DNA of 64,000 nucleotides from Octopus vulgaris (GCA_951406725.2 OX597832.1:58342001-58406000), one strand, 5' to 3'. Counted from the first letter of the stretch, positions 13,103 through 26,166 are shown. Translations and numbers: made by a program. Notes: generated from the letters alone by a model not told the origin.

Positions 13103-13484
13103 CTTTACTCTTTTACTTGTTTCAGTCATTTGACTGCGGCCATGCTGGAGCACCGCCCTTAGTCGAGCAAATCGACACGGGGACTTATTCTTTGTAAGCC
13201 CAGTACTTATTCTATCGGTCTCTTTTGCCGAACCGCTAAGTGACGAGGACGTAAACACAACAGCATCGGTTGTCAAGCAATGCTAGGGGGGTCAAACACA
13301 CACACATACATATATATACATATATACGACAGGCTTCTTTCAGTTTCCGTCTACCAAATCCACTCACAAGGCATTGGTCGACCCGGGGCTATAGCAGAAG
13401 ACACTTGCCCAAGATGCCACGCAGTGGACTGAACCCGGAACCATGTGGTTGGTTAGCAAGCTACTTACCACACAGCCACTCCTG
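13103..13484 (-). mobile_element. tRNA-derived SINE family A, near full length
   Basis: Minus strand begins caggagtggctgtgtggtaag (A-box-like) ... ccgggttcagtcc (B-box-like), has an internal TA/TG tract and ends gaaacaagtaaaagagtaaag; very similar to 27407-27805. Confidence 0.9.
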
Positions 13485-13490
13485 TATATG

Positions 13491-13560
<70 letters not shown>

Positions 13561-13561
<1 letters not shown>

Positions 13562-13660
13562 TTTATTTAAAGCACCAGAAAATTCAACAAAATCTGTTAC
13601 TCTGAGTTTCCAGTTGCCGTTCATCGGACAGTTTTTGCTCTACATGTTGTACAAACAAAC
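13561..13660 (-). mobile_element. Family H4 PLE-like fragment with hammerhead-like motif 13594-13631
   Basis: Minus strand ctgt-CCGATGA-a-cgg-caa-ctg-GAAA-ctcagag-TA-acag; 3' end joins (TA)n. Confidence 0.55.
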
Positions 13661-13737
13661 AAACAAACATACATATACATATATGTATATATAGATGTAT
13701 AATTATGGATATACATATACATATATATACATGCATG

Positions 13738-13876
13738 CCGATGAACGGCAACTGGAAACTCAGAGTAACAGGTTTTGTTGAATTTCCTGCTGCTTTAAAT
13801 AAAGCATATTACTCTACCACTGGTATTTGAGTACTCTTTTTTCCACCTTGTTTCACATTTATGTGTTTACTCCGGT
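13738..13876 (+). mobile_element. Family H4 PLE-like fragment, inverted partner of 13561-13660
   Basis: ccgatgaacggcaactggaaactcagagtaacag...gctttaaataaag is the reverse complement of 13561-13627; ends in (TA)n. Confidence 0.6.
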
Positions 13877-14060
13877 ATATATATATATATATATAGTGAA
13901 TGTATGTGGCTTAATGGTTAGGGCATTCGACTCACGATTGAAATATATATATGTATGTATATATGTATATATATAAATATACATGCATATGTATATACAT
14001 ATATATATATGTATGTATGTGTATATACAAATACATGTATACATGTATATATGTATATTT

Positions 14061-14370
14061 GGCGCAGGAATGGGTGAATGGTAAGAAGCTTGTTTACCAA
14101 CTACGTGGCTTCGATTTCAGTTCTAATGCGTGGCACCTTGTGGAAGTGCCTTCTACTATACCCTCCCGCTGACCTATCTTGTGAGAGGATTTGGTAGAAG
14201 GAAATTGAAAGAAGCCTGTCAACCAATGTTAGTGTGTTTACGTCCCAATAACTTAGCCGTTCGACAAAAGATACCGATAGAATAAGTACTAGGCTTATAA
14301 GGAATAAGTCCTGGAGTCAATTTGATTATGGCCGCAGTCTAATGACTGAAACAAGTGAAAGAGTAAAAGA
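14061..14370 (+). mobile_element. SINE family A (internal deletion)
   Basis: ggcgcaggaatgg...tgcgtggcacctt...ccgatagaataagtactaggctta...gactgaaacaag. Confidence 0.8.
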
Positions 14371-14766
14371 ACAGAAGAAAACTTTAAAACATACATTTGT
14401 ATTCAAGACTAAAACTTTCATAAATTATCATAATTCATCTTGATAGCATCGGAATGGCAGCAAAAAAAAAAAAAAAAAAAAGAGTGAAGGCGAATTAAAA
14501 ATTAAAGAATAATACAAAAGAAATGCTGCCCAGTGAGTTAGATGCTTTTAAAATATTTAGGTGTTCATCAAGCTGGTTACATATGAAATGGTTATAAACG
14601 TTGCCTTCTACTCTAGAGAAATAATAAAGTAATATATAAACGCTACCTTCATTTATGGTATGAACTGAAAGCTCTCGAGAACGATCTCTTCGTTTCATCC
14701 TTCCAAAGTCACAGCTATAAGTACCGATTATGCGTTGAAGATAGTTAAATTGATTATTATTATTAC

Positions 14767-14823
<57 letters not shown>

Positions 14824-15299
14824 CATTATGGTTTTTTGGTAATAAAATCATACATAGTAAGGAAATAGTATTTTTTGTTAAAATAAATATCAACAACCCC
14901 AGAGAGCACATTAAAAAAATGTCGTTGTTGCATTGGTTTGATCGATATTGTATTGAAATATCCGTTGGTATTCTATCAAAATCTCTGGGTTTCATTTCAA
15001 CGGTCCTGACATCAATCGACAGCGTTTCCAAATGTCTTGGACATCCTGGTGAACGCAAATTCACCCACGTTTATTTAGAATTTAGAATGAAAATGGATGT
15101 AGCTTTAGAATGAAAATGGATGTGGCTTATATCGTTGGGAAACCTAAAGGTTCTGTTAAATTGCAGGATAATTTTCTTCACATTAGTTTCTTCAGGGGCA
15201 AGGAACATTTCCCAAGATGCTGTAGCAACTTCAATCAGACGTGATACAAATATGCATGCATACTTACATACACACACACACCTATATATATATCGATAT

Positions 15300-15845
15300 T
15301 CTTTTGTTCTTTTATTGTTTCGCTTGCTTCATATATCTGCCATGCTGGAGCACCCCCTTAAAGGAGTTTTAAAGGAGAAATCGACCCCAGAACTTATTCT
15401 TAATGAGTCTCGTACTTATTCTACCGTTCTCCTTTGCCGAACCACTAAGTTACGGTGACATAAACATACGATCATCAGTTGTCAAGTGATGGCTGGGGGA
15501 CAAACGCACATACAAATATATATATATGAGCTCGTGTGTACCGTTGGCGATTTTTTTTCCTCCGTCTTCCCTTCTTTGGATCTTTCCTTTTCCTATGTTT
15601 CTGACAAAGAGCTCCGCTCGAAACGTTAAACCCTTCTTCTTTCCTTCTTTCCTGAGCGTCCAATAACACTATACTTGTTCCACGTCCTCGCGTTGTTGTG
15701 TTTTCTCTTTGTGTTTTCATGTTTGGATTAACTATATATATATATGATGTATGTATACTATGGGCTTCTTTCAGTTTTCCTCTACCAAATTCACTCACAA
15801 GGCTACAGTAGAAGAGTAGAAGATACTTGCCCAATGTGCCAGAAC
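15300..15845 (-). mobile_element. SINE family A interrupted at its internal TA tract by a family H2 element
   Basis: The 3' half (15300-15525) and 5' part (15760-15845) flank 15533-15745. Confidence 0.7.
15533..15745 (+). mobile_element. Family H2 PLE-like element with hammerhead-like motif 15597-15631
   Basis: gttt-CTGACAA-a-gagc-tcc-gctc-GAAACGTT-aaac; ends ttaac(ta)n; reverse complement of 15970-16183. Confidence 0.65.
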
Positions 15846-15942
15846 CGTATAGCTTTCCTGTATTGTTGTTGAAAGCTCGAAATAGGGAGAAATTAACAGT
15901 CGACAACTGAAGAGGAGTTAGATTTCTTGTGGTGTTTTGTGG

Positions 15943-15969
<27 letters not shown>

Positions 15970-15987
<18 letters not shown>

Positions 15988-16183
15988 ATCTAAACATGAA
16001 AACACTAAGAGAAAACACAACAACGCGAGGACGTGTAAAAAATATAGTATTATTGGACGCTCAGGAAGGAAGGGAAGAAGGAGGGTTTAACGTTTCGAGC
16101 GGAGCTCTTCGTTAGTAACATAGGAAAAGGAAAGATCCAGAGAAGGGAAGACGGAGGAAAAAAAATCGCCAACGGTACACACG
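15970..16183 (-). mobile_element. Family H2 PLE-like element with hammerhead-like motif 16085-16119
   Basis: Minus strand gtta-CTAACGA-a-gagc-tcc-gctc-GAAACGTT-aaac. Confidence 0.65.
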
Positions 16184-16184
16184 C

Positions 16185-16370
16185 AGAGCTGGTAGAAACA
16201 CTTGGCGGTATTTCGTTTGTCATAACCAGGTAAATTCAAATCCAGCAGAGCTTGATATTGACTTTTACTCTCTTTGAGGGTCGATAAATTGATTATTGAA
16301 ATCAATGTAATCGATTCGTATCCACATCTCCGGAAATAACTGACCTTGTTCCAAAATTCGAAACCGTTAT
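16185..16370 (+). mobile_element. SINE family B, diverged
   Basis: gagctggtagaaac...ggtatttcgtttgtc...gagggtcgataaatt...ccaaaattcgaaacc. Confidence 0.6.
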
Positions 16371-16434
16371 GTATAGCAGTATTTGCTTCGAGAATCAACG
16401 TTCCTTAAAAATGTATTACGTAACTGTTTCTCTT

Positions 16435-16510
<76 letters not shown>

Positions 16511-16518
16511 GTGTGTTG

Positions 16519-16549
<31 letters not shown>

Positions 16550-16629
16550 TATGTGTGTATGTGTGTATGTGTGTGTGTTTGTGTTTGTGTGTATATATAT
16601 ATACATTTTTGAAAATGAGCCACATGGGA

Positions 16630-16825
16630 ATAGTTGGCGATTTTTTTCTTCCGTCTTCCCTTTCTTTTGAACTTTCTTCTGTTTCTGAGGAAGAGCTCTA
16701 CTCGAAACGTTAAACCATCTTTCATTCCTTCCCTGACCGTCTGATCATACTTTACATGTACCATGTACTGGAGTTTTTGCTTTTTTGTGTTTGTTCTTCG
16801 TCTTTATTTTGAATTTACCATATCT
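16630..16825 (+). mobile_element. Family H2 PLE-like element
   Basis: gttggcgattttttt..ccgtcttccctt shared with the 15533-15745 copy. Confidence 0.6.
16681..16715 (+). ncRNA. Minimal type-I hammerhead ribozyme motif with intact core
   Basis: gttt-CTGAGGA-a-gag-ctcta-ctc-GAAA-C-GTT-aaac: CUGANGA and GAAA boxes, 4-bp stem I, 3-bp stem II, loopless palindromic ACGU stem III as in PLE hammerheads. Confidence 0.6.
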
Positions 16826-16841
16826 ATATACACACATGTGT

Positions 16842-17085
16842 GACGGCGCGTGGCTTAGTGGTGTAAGAATGATGTTCGTTAGATTGTGGTTTCGATTCCT
16901 GGACCGGGCGACGCATTGTGTTCTTGAGCAAAACACTTCATTTCACGTTGCTCCAGTCCACTCAGCTGGCAAAGATGAGTAACGCTGCGATGGACTGGCG
17001 TCCCGTCCAGCTGGGGAATACATACGCCATTGAAACCGGGAAACAGGGCCCACGAGCCTGGCTTGGCTTTAAAAGGGCGCATTAA
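16842..17085 (+). mobile_element. tRNA-derived SINE family C (CORE-like body)
   Basis: ggcgcgtggcttagtggt (A box) ... ggtttcgattcc (B box) ... tgtgttcttgagcaaaacactt (CORE-like). Confidence 0.8.
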
Positions 17086-17561
17086 TTATTTTTATTTATA
17101 TACATGTGTATATAAATACACGTACTGGAGCATATTCAGAGACGTATATATCCGTGTATTGGTGCATGTCTGTATGTATGGAAGTGCCTATGTGTTTAGT
17201 CAACTGCTTTGCGCCGAATAATTATTCGATTAAAACCGAGTGTACTGAGCATATTCCATATTCGTTTTCTGTTTCATCGCACCCTCACCGTGACCCCACC
17301 CCACTAATAATTAATATTTTCCTGTTATTCGGTGCTCGGATATAGATTTTTAAGCATATTGATTTCATTATTAACGTCTGAAGGTCAAGAATATTATTTC
17401 ACATCCAAGATGTACGGTCTTAAAACGATTAGCCGTGTACGTTTGGGAGTGGTCTCATTACACACACACACACATGCACACGCACATATAAACATATATG
17501 AATATATACATATATATATAGATAGATAGATATAACTATATCTCTAACTATAGATGTTTAT

Positions 17562-17653
<92 letters not shown>

Positions 17654-17741
17654 TATATATAAATATATGCATATATATACATGTTTATATATATACATAC
17701 AGATATATATATATATATATATATACAAATATATACATACC

Positions 17742-17820
<79 letters not shown>

Positions 17821-17863
17821 CTGTATGTATGGATATGTGTGTGTACATATATTTATATATATA

Positions 17864-17919
<56 letters not shown>

Positions 17920-18452
17920 TTTATGTTTATGTGTCTATATGCATACATATATATCAATATATGTATTTATATGTATATATATATATGTATAAATATATAT
18001 ATACATACTCATTTAATTGCAGTTGGCCATTATAAGGAATGTGCTGATTGTGGTTGAATGCACTTAATGGCAACGCTCCTCTATATTTTCCACGAGTTCT
18101 GTGGTTTTCCTTGTCGTTAGTGTGTTAATATTGATTACACGGCTAACTGCTTCTATTCTGTTCATAGTTATTCTAATCTTCCAAATTCGAGATAGTTAAT
18201 TGTACTTCCGTTTGCTATTGAAGACAAGTATGTTCGTTGTAGACGCCAAAAGTCTTGTAAAACCTCGGCTATTTTGTTTCGACGCTAGCGCTTCACCTTC
18301 GTTTCTGAGTACAAATTACTCGTCTGAGTACGAGGCAGGCAGGAGGCTTTCTGTATTTTTAATATCCTTTGCTCGCTTATGTCATTTGGTGGCGGTCATG
18401 CGGGTGCACCGCCTAGAAAGTTTTAGTCGAACAGATCGACTCTAGCAATTAC

Positions 18453-18712
<260 letters not shown>

Positions 18713-18714
18713 CG

Positions 18715-18935
18715 CTAGCGAGCTAGCAGAAGCGTTAACACGTGGAAAGATGCATAGCGGTTATCCGCTCATAGCTAAGGTCTGAGTTCAAATTCCACCG
18801 AAGTCAACTTTGCCTTTTATCCTTTCGAGGGTCGATAAAATAAGTACCAGTTTTGTACTGGGGTTAATGTATTCGACTAGTCCCCTTCCCCAAATTTTCA
18901 GGCATTGTGCCTATAGTAGAAAAGTCTATTATTAT
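18715..18935 (+). mobile_element. SINE family B
   Basis: gcgagctagcagaagcgtta...tctgagttcaaattccaccgaagtcaactttgccttttatcctttcg...gtgcctatagtagaaaag. Confidence 0.8.
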
Positions 18936-18984
18936 TGAGAGAGAGAACAGTGATACGGGGGAAAAATATACGAAGCCCAATATA

Positions 18985-19452
18985 CCCATTATGACTACTC
19001 CTCTGATAAGGGTACACCAGTTACATGCATCACAACCATATGTGCGCGACAAGGTGATCTCATATCAAAATAAATAGCGCATGACCTTGCAGGTGGGGTC
19101 CAGTTAGAATTTTCATCAGGTCAAATAGCCCATCCCTCTCAAAAGGTCCCTCAATAAAGGTTGTTTAAGGACGTGGAACGAAATACACATGTTTCCAGAA
19201 GTGAATTGTCCAAAGCCCAAAGAATTCCTCACAACACATGGCTATGATGCTCCCTCACTACTCCTGCTCATGATCAGAGATGCACATATCCTCAGCCCTA
19301 GTGGACATGCTCAATTGACAAGCACATCTGTGGTATTCAGCTATTTGCTGTAGCCCATATTTTATCCCAAAACATGACAACGTACATGATAACACTTCTC
19401 ATCAGTTAAAATCAGAAGCCATGAGAGCCACTACCTGGTACTGCATCAGGGC

Positions 19453-19500
<48 letters not shown>

Positions 19501-19646
19501 CATTATTATCATTATTATTATCATTATTATTATAATTATTATTATCATTATTATTATAATTATTATTATTATTATTATTATCATTATTATTATCATTATT
19601 ATTACCATTATTATTATTATTATTATTATTATTATCATTATTATTA

Positions 19647-19692
<46 letters not shown>

Positions 19693-19715
19693 CATTATTA
19701 TTATTATTATTATTA

Positions 19716-19767
<52 letters not shown>

Positions 19768-19790
19768 TATTGTTGCTGTTATTGTTGTTA
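18985..19790 (+). repeat. Probable retroelement 3'-end fragment (~470 bp) followed by a long (ATT)n tract
   Basis: GC-richer block ending ctggtactgcatcagggcat directly joined to (TTA)n; only one copy in the window, so the family assignment is inference. Confidence 0.35.
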
Positions 19791-20658
19791 TCTCTGTACG
19801 AAACGATCGTCTATATCAATTAAATATTTTCTTATAAATTTTAACATCTCGTCTCCATTTTTAACAAAAATTGTTGAGTTTTATGGAATTTCTTTCCATA
19901 AATTCACAATATATATGTGTGTGTGTGTGTGTGTGTCTCTGTGTGTGTGTATGTATGTATATATACACATATATATGTGTGTATATATATGTATATGTGT
20001 GTGCGTGTATGCTTGAACCCGTATGAGTTACGACTGGTGTTGGTTTGTTTACGTTCTTATAGCTTAGTGGTACTTCAAAAAGAGAGCTACAGAACACGTG
20101 CCAGGCCCAAAAATAATTACTGCAGTCGTTCTGCGTGACGAAGACCTTTCAAGGCGGTGCCTCAGCATGGCCGCAATACAATGACTGAAAGAATTAAAAG
20201 AAGAATAAAAAGGGATGTTTAGGGAGAGACATTTGTCGCATTCTGTCAATAATTAGTAATTAGTCGATGTTAATTAATTAATCCTTTCAATATCATTGAA
20301 GTATGATTAAAATCGATAAGTGTAAATGATTAATTTTTTGAAAGGAATCTATTAACAGTTTGATTAATTCATGAAGTCAATTAGAATTAACTGAAATTAT
20401 ATAATTAGAGAAAGGTTTGCATTCCGATGGCATTCATAATTCTAGCATTTGTCAAAATGCCAGAAATTCTTGAGGAAAGGGCCAATTGATTGTATCGACC
20501 CCGCTTTGACAATCCTCTGTTCAATGCTTTATTGAATTATCGGATTTGCTGCATTGCTTAAAAATTGTGTCATATCGATGGACCTTCAGCAGGTTCTGAG
20601 TGGGGTATTAAACAACTATGACTAGCAAATTATGCGATTCGTGCCGGTACTTTGGCTC

Positions 20659-21077
20659 TAAAGGCGGCGAGCTGGCAGAAACGTTAGCACACCGGGCGAA
20701 ATGCATAGCCGTATTTCGTCTGCCATTACGTTCTGAGTTCAAATTCCACCGAGGTCGACTTTGCCTTTCATCCTTTCGGGATCGATCAATTAAGTACCAG
20801 TTACGCACTGGGATCGATGTAATCGACTTAATCCGTTTATCTGTCCTTGTTTGTCCTCTCTGTGTTTAACCCCTTGTGGGTGGTAAAGAAATAAGCATTT
20901 CGTCTGCCGTTACGTTCTGAGTTCAAATTCCGCTGAGGTCGACTTTGCCTTTCATCCTTTCGGGATCGATCAATTAAGTACCAGTTACGTACTGGGGTCG
21001 ATGTAATCGACTTAATCCATTTGTCTGTCCTTGTTTGTCCTCTCTGTGTTTAACCCCTTGTGGGTAGTAAAGAAATA
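20659..21077 (+). mobile_element. Dimeric SINE family B with 13-bp TSD
   Basis: Head ggcggcgagctggcagaaacgttagc, then two ~185-bp bodies; ggtactttggctc at 20646-20658 and 21078-21090. Confidence 0.9.
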
Positions 21078-21214
21078 GGTACTTTGGCTCAAATACATTT
21101 CCGGATTACTGATTTTTTTTCGAACCAGGGATAGTTACCTTGGTCAACATATTCTAAATTAAGCAAAGATTGTTTTATACAAGGAATTAAATGCTGTATA
21201 TTTAAATACGCATA

Positions 21215-21550
21215 CGAAGTCGCATGGCTCAAGGGTTAGAGTATTGAGCACACAATCATGAGGTTGTAAGTTCGATTCCTAGGCTGGCTATGTGTTGTGT
21301 TCTTAAGCAAGACACTTTATTCCACGTTGCTCCAGTTCACTCAACTGTAGAAATCATTTGCAATGTCGCTGGTGCCAAGTTGTATCGGCCTTTGCTTTTC
21401 CCTTGGATAACATCAGTGGCATGAAGGGGGAGGCTGGCGTGCATGGGCAACTGCTGGTCTTCCCTAAACAACCTTGCCTGGACCTGTGCCTTAGAAGGGA
21501 ACTTTCCTCCTGCAATCCCATGGTCATTCATGACCGAAGGGGCTCTTTAC
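21215..21550 (+). mobile_element. SINE family C with 9-bp TSD
   Basis: cgcatggctcaagggttaga...agttcgattcc...tgtgttcttaagcaagacactt; atacgcata at 21206-21214 and 21551-21559. Confidence 0.85.
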
Positions 21551-21731
21551 ATACGCATATATATACAGAAGCAACACTAATTTACGGAACATTCGGACCT
21601 AAAGAATTTTCCGGATTACTGATATTTCCGAACCAGAGGTAGTCACTTTAGTCAACACACTCTGAAATACAGATACCTGTGCAATACTATAAAAGATACA
21701 AGTTCATTAATAATGTACTGTTCAAGGTATT

Positions 21732-22034
21732 TTTTCTTTGCGCCCTTTTCAAGCATAGCCAGGACCATGGGCCCGGTTTCCCGGTTTCTGGGGCGTATGA
21801 GTTCCCCCCAGCTGGACCGGACGCCAGTTCATCGCAGCGTTACCCAAGAAACAGGAAGAAAGAGTGAGAGAAAGTTGGGGCGAAAGAGTACAACAGGGGT
21901 CGCCCCCCCGAGCCTCGTGGAGCTTTAGGTATTTTCCCTCAATAAACACACACAACGCTCGGTCTGGGAATCGAAACCGAGATCCTCCGACCGCGAGTCC
22001 GCTGCCCTAACCACTGGGCCATTGCTCCTCCACA
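21732..22034 (-). mobile_element. SINE family C with 11-bp TSD
   Basis: Minus-strand head ggaggagcaatggcccagtggttagggcagcggactcgcgg...ggtttcgattccc matches 26167; ttcaaggtatt at 21721-21731 and 22035-22045. Confidence 0.9.
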
Positions 22035-22189
22035 TTCAAGGTATTAGCGAAGGCAAATTACCAATAAACTCATCTGTTAGCCGCGGAGATTTCTTATTCG
22101 GAAATTAGAGCAGAGTATAAATAGTTCCAGACCATCAGTGTTCGGAAAGTCGGTACTGTGCCTGTATAAAGGCAATATGCTGTTACGTA

Positions 22190-22600
22190 AGGGCGACGAG
22201 CTGACAGCACGTTAGCACGCCGGGCAAAATGCTTAGTACTATTTCGTCTGTCTTTACGTTCTGAGTTCAAATTCTGCCAAGTCGACTTTGACTTCCATCC
22301 TTTCGGGGTCGATTAAATAAATACCCGTTACGCACTGGGGTGGATATAATCGACTTAATCCCTTTGTCTGTCCTTGTTTGTCCTTGTGGGCAGTTAAGAA
22401 ATAAGAGACGTTAGCACACCGGGTAAAATACTTAGCGCTATTTCGTCTGTCTTTATGTTCTGAGTCCAAATTCTGCCGAGGCCGACTTTGCCTTTCATCC
22501 TTTCGGGGTCGATAAGTACCTGTTGCGTACTAGGGTTGATCTAATCGACTGGCTCCTTCCCCCCAAATTGCGGACCTTGTGCCTAGAATAGCAAAGAATA
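22190..22600 (+). mobile_element. Dimeric SINE family B
   Basis: Two acgttagcac..ccggg..aaaat.cttag units (~22209, ~22408) with different 3' tails; gttacgt at 22182-22188 and 22605-22611 is a likely TSD. Confidence 0.85.
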
Positions 22601-22639
22601 TACAGTTACGTGCATTTGAAATAAATGTATCTCGAATTT

Positions 22640-22885
22640 TGAAGATGCGTGGCCTAAGAGTTAGGGGTGTGGCACTCATGATCCTGCGATCGTGATCTCG
22701 ATTTCCGGATCGGGCAGGTCGTTGTGTTTTTAAGCAAAACATTTTATTTCGCAAAGTTTCATTTTACTCAGCGATTCTTTGATTTACAAGGCGTCCCGTC
22801 CAGGGCTGAACGTTGCGACCTCGGTCCCTTATACGTCGTAGAAACCAGGAAACCGTATATAGGAGTCCTAGGACTCGAGATGTTA
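22640..22885 (+). mobile_element. SINE family C, diverged
   Basis: gcgtggcctaagagttagggg...gttgtgtttttaagcaaaacatt...ggcgtcccgtccagg. Confidence 0.65.
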
Positions 22886-23901
22886 ATGCTCATTGGTTGA
22901 TGATGGTGATGTGCTTAACGTCAAGTGAATTTACATAGTCTAACGATAGCACTATTCTGTACTTAGTACTGATAGAAATACTCAAACAAAGCCCGTTATG
23001 AAATTAGTGCAAATACGCAATGTGACACAATTGTTATCAATTAACTCGATATCTATGACTAAAATAAAGTGGGGGAAAAAGAATCCGAGGGTAAACTAAT
23101 CCATGGTCTACCGGGCAAAAATCAAAACAGCTTGGGTTCAGACACAACCATATGGTTATAAAGTTGTCTCCGTATCCCGAAGTTACGTGTCGATTTTAAT
23201 ATGCAAAATCTTAAACAAGTTTCTTCTATCATAGTTAAGGTTCGACTTCATTTTTGTAATTTAAGAAGTGTAGACAGAAATGCCGTGAGCCAGAGGAGGG
23301 CACAAGGCCATTTTTGAAGCGAGGATGATATTCTTAATCTGTTACCTTCTTTCATGCTACCATGTGTCCCTTAAGTGTCTTTAGCAGAGCCCACGTTCTT
23401 CGGATTTAAGGCAGGTCTACTGATTGAGGAAGACATTCGCTTTATTTTCTTCATCTCTTTCTTCATCTCTTTCGTCCAGTATTGATGAAGACGCCGCGCT
23501 GTTCTTTCTATTTTAACATATACATAGCATTTCTATTGATAAAAGTCGTAGGAGAATATCAGACCACATGTTCTTTAAGCACGGCTCAGCATAATCATTT
23601 GTGGTTTATCTATTTATAGCCTTATCAGCCTCGAGGCCGGCAATTAAAAACGAATTACTTAATGTGTCTCGAAGTTTCTAAATTTACACGATGTAAACAA
23701 CTTGCATATATGATGTGTGTGTTTGTGCGTGGGTGTTTGTAAGTGTGTGTGTGAGTGTATATACACACCACACACACACACACACATATATATATATGCT
23801 GTGTATGCATATAAGCATATGTGTATGTGTATACATACATATATGAGTGTGCGTATATATATATGTATATGTATGTATGTATGCATACATATATATATAT
23901 T

Positions 23902-23954
<53 letters not shown>

Positions 23955-24143
23955 CTAAGTATATCTATGTACCTATATATATATATATACATATGTATGC
24001 ATGTATATAAGTGTATACAAATGTTTGTGTGTGTATGTGGGTTTTGAGTATGTGTGTGCGCACGCGCGCGCGTTGTGTACGAAGTTTCACCAAAATTTAT
24101 CTTCGAATTGCTTCGAAGTCACTGTCTATAGAATTATTTACCA

Positions 24144-24188
<45 letters not shown>

Positions 24189-24267
24189 GTCTGTCTGTCT
24201 ATCTGTGTCTGTCCGTCCGTCCCTCTATCCATCAATCCATCCATCCATCTATCTATCTATCTATCTA

Positions 24268-24327
<60 letters not shown>

Positions 24328-24804
24328 CATCGATCTATCTATATATTTGTCTGTCTATCTATCTTGTCTACATGTTTGTGAGTATAGCTATATATGTGTA
24401 TGTAAACATTTATATGTAGATATATAGAGAATTATGTATATATGATCGTAAATATATGCGTATTTTTTATATATATATTTAAATACAGACAGACACGTTA
24501 TTTACAGTCATGATGTAAAGAAACAAGAACTGTTGGTGGTGGCGATGGTGGTAGTGGTGGGAGTTATTTGCCAGTGATATATGTAGCTGAGCACATAGTA
24601 ACAGTGGTAGTAGTGGTATTTTTAGTAGTAGTGTGGAGGTGAAAGGCCACTAGAACTATATTACTGTTCGGTATGAAGAATTAAATGTTGCCGCCTGGAA
24701 AAATATTGTTTTGACAGAACCAGACGATTTATTTATTGATGTATCGTCGCCATATTTTGTTTGTTACATTGCGACTAACGAGAGCAACATTAACTACGAG
24801 AACG

Positions 24805-24995
<191 letters not shown>

Positions 24996-26166
24996 CTTAT
25001 ATACAGTAGTCTACTTTACATTATTAATGCGTTCAACCCGCAGCGTACGAAAAAGCCAGTCATATCTTTACATACTTGAAATGCAGGAATGAATGATTTC
25101 ATGTCGGTTTTTAAAAGCAATCCCAATCGCTATTAACAATTGAAGCAATATTTTAGCTGATAAGAAAGAAAAGGAAAAACTGTTGGTCTTTGCAGGACTA
25201 AAGAATTTCGGGATTTTTCATTACTTTTCATTAGTTTTTCCCTACTGGATGTCGATAAATTCAAACGTCAAATCATCGAGGCAACGGATTTTTCTCGAAT
25301 GAGCACAACGATAGAGTAGCCATATTTAATGAAAGGATAAGATATGGTTAAGAGATAGCGTTGGACCATAACTAGTAATATATCAATATCTGGCGTTTAG
25401 ATTTAATCGCTAGATATGTGAATCACAAGTATTGAACAGTGTAAGTATTCAACAGAAATCATTCGGAAACAAAATATTTTATCAATAGTGGAGAATAGGG
25501 GAAAATTGACTCAAAATCCATTGAAGCTTTGAAAAACAAAAATGTCAATTTGACATATTCGTCTCTCCAAAATCTGCAAAACATGTTTGATGAGTTTTAT
25601 TTTATTTTGTTCTAGGTTTATTTATTGTTATTTTACTTCTTTCGTTTTGTCTATGAAAATAATCTCTGGGTAACGACTATGTAAAGTATTCAAGAAATAG
25701 GCAACATTATATATATACATCGACGCGCGTATAGATACACACGCAAATGCACAGTCATACACAGACATAGACTCACACACACGCCAGCACAAATACACAC
25801 ACACACAACTCATATATGCAAATGAGGAATATCAATAACGACTGAAACAATAACAAAGTAGGGAGTTATGTGCAAGAGCTCATGCATACAGGCATTCATG
25901 AATGAACGATTATATAAAAAAACACTTATGAAAAGTGTGTAAATTCGCAACCTTGCCCATATATGCACATATAGACGTAATTATATATGTAAACAATTGG
26001 TTACAAAGACACACACACAGACACAAACAGACACAAACACCCATATTTATATGTACATACAGACACACAGACACAGACGCGCATACATAAATGTGCTTTT
26101 GCCAATTTTCTCTTGATGAGGAGAGCCGGACCATACATATATATAAATGTATATATATATATATAT

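Noticed and set aside
18000-18330. Possible GIY-YIG relic on the minus strand (FNSKRKYN*LSRIWKI)
   Set aside because: Single weak motif; cannot be supported by eye.
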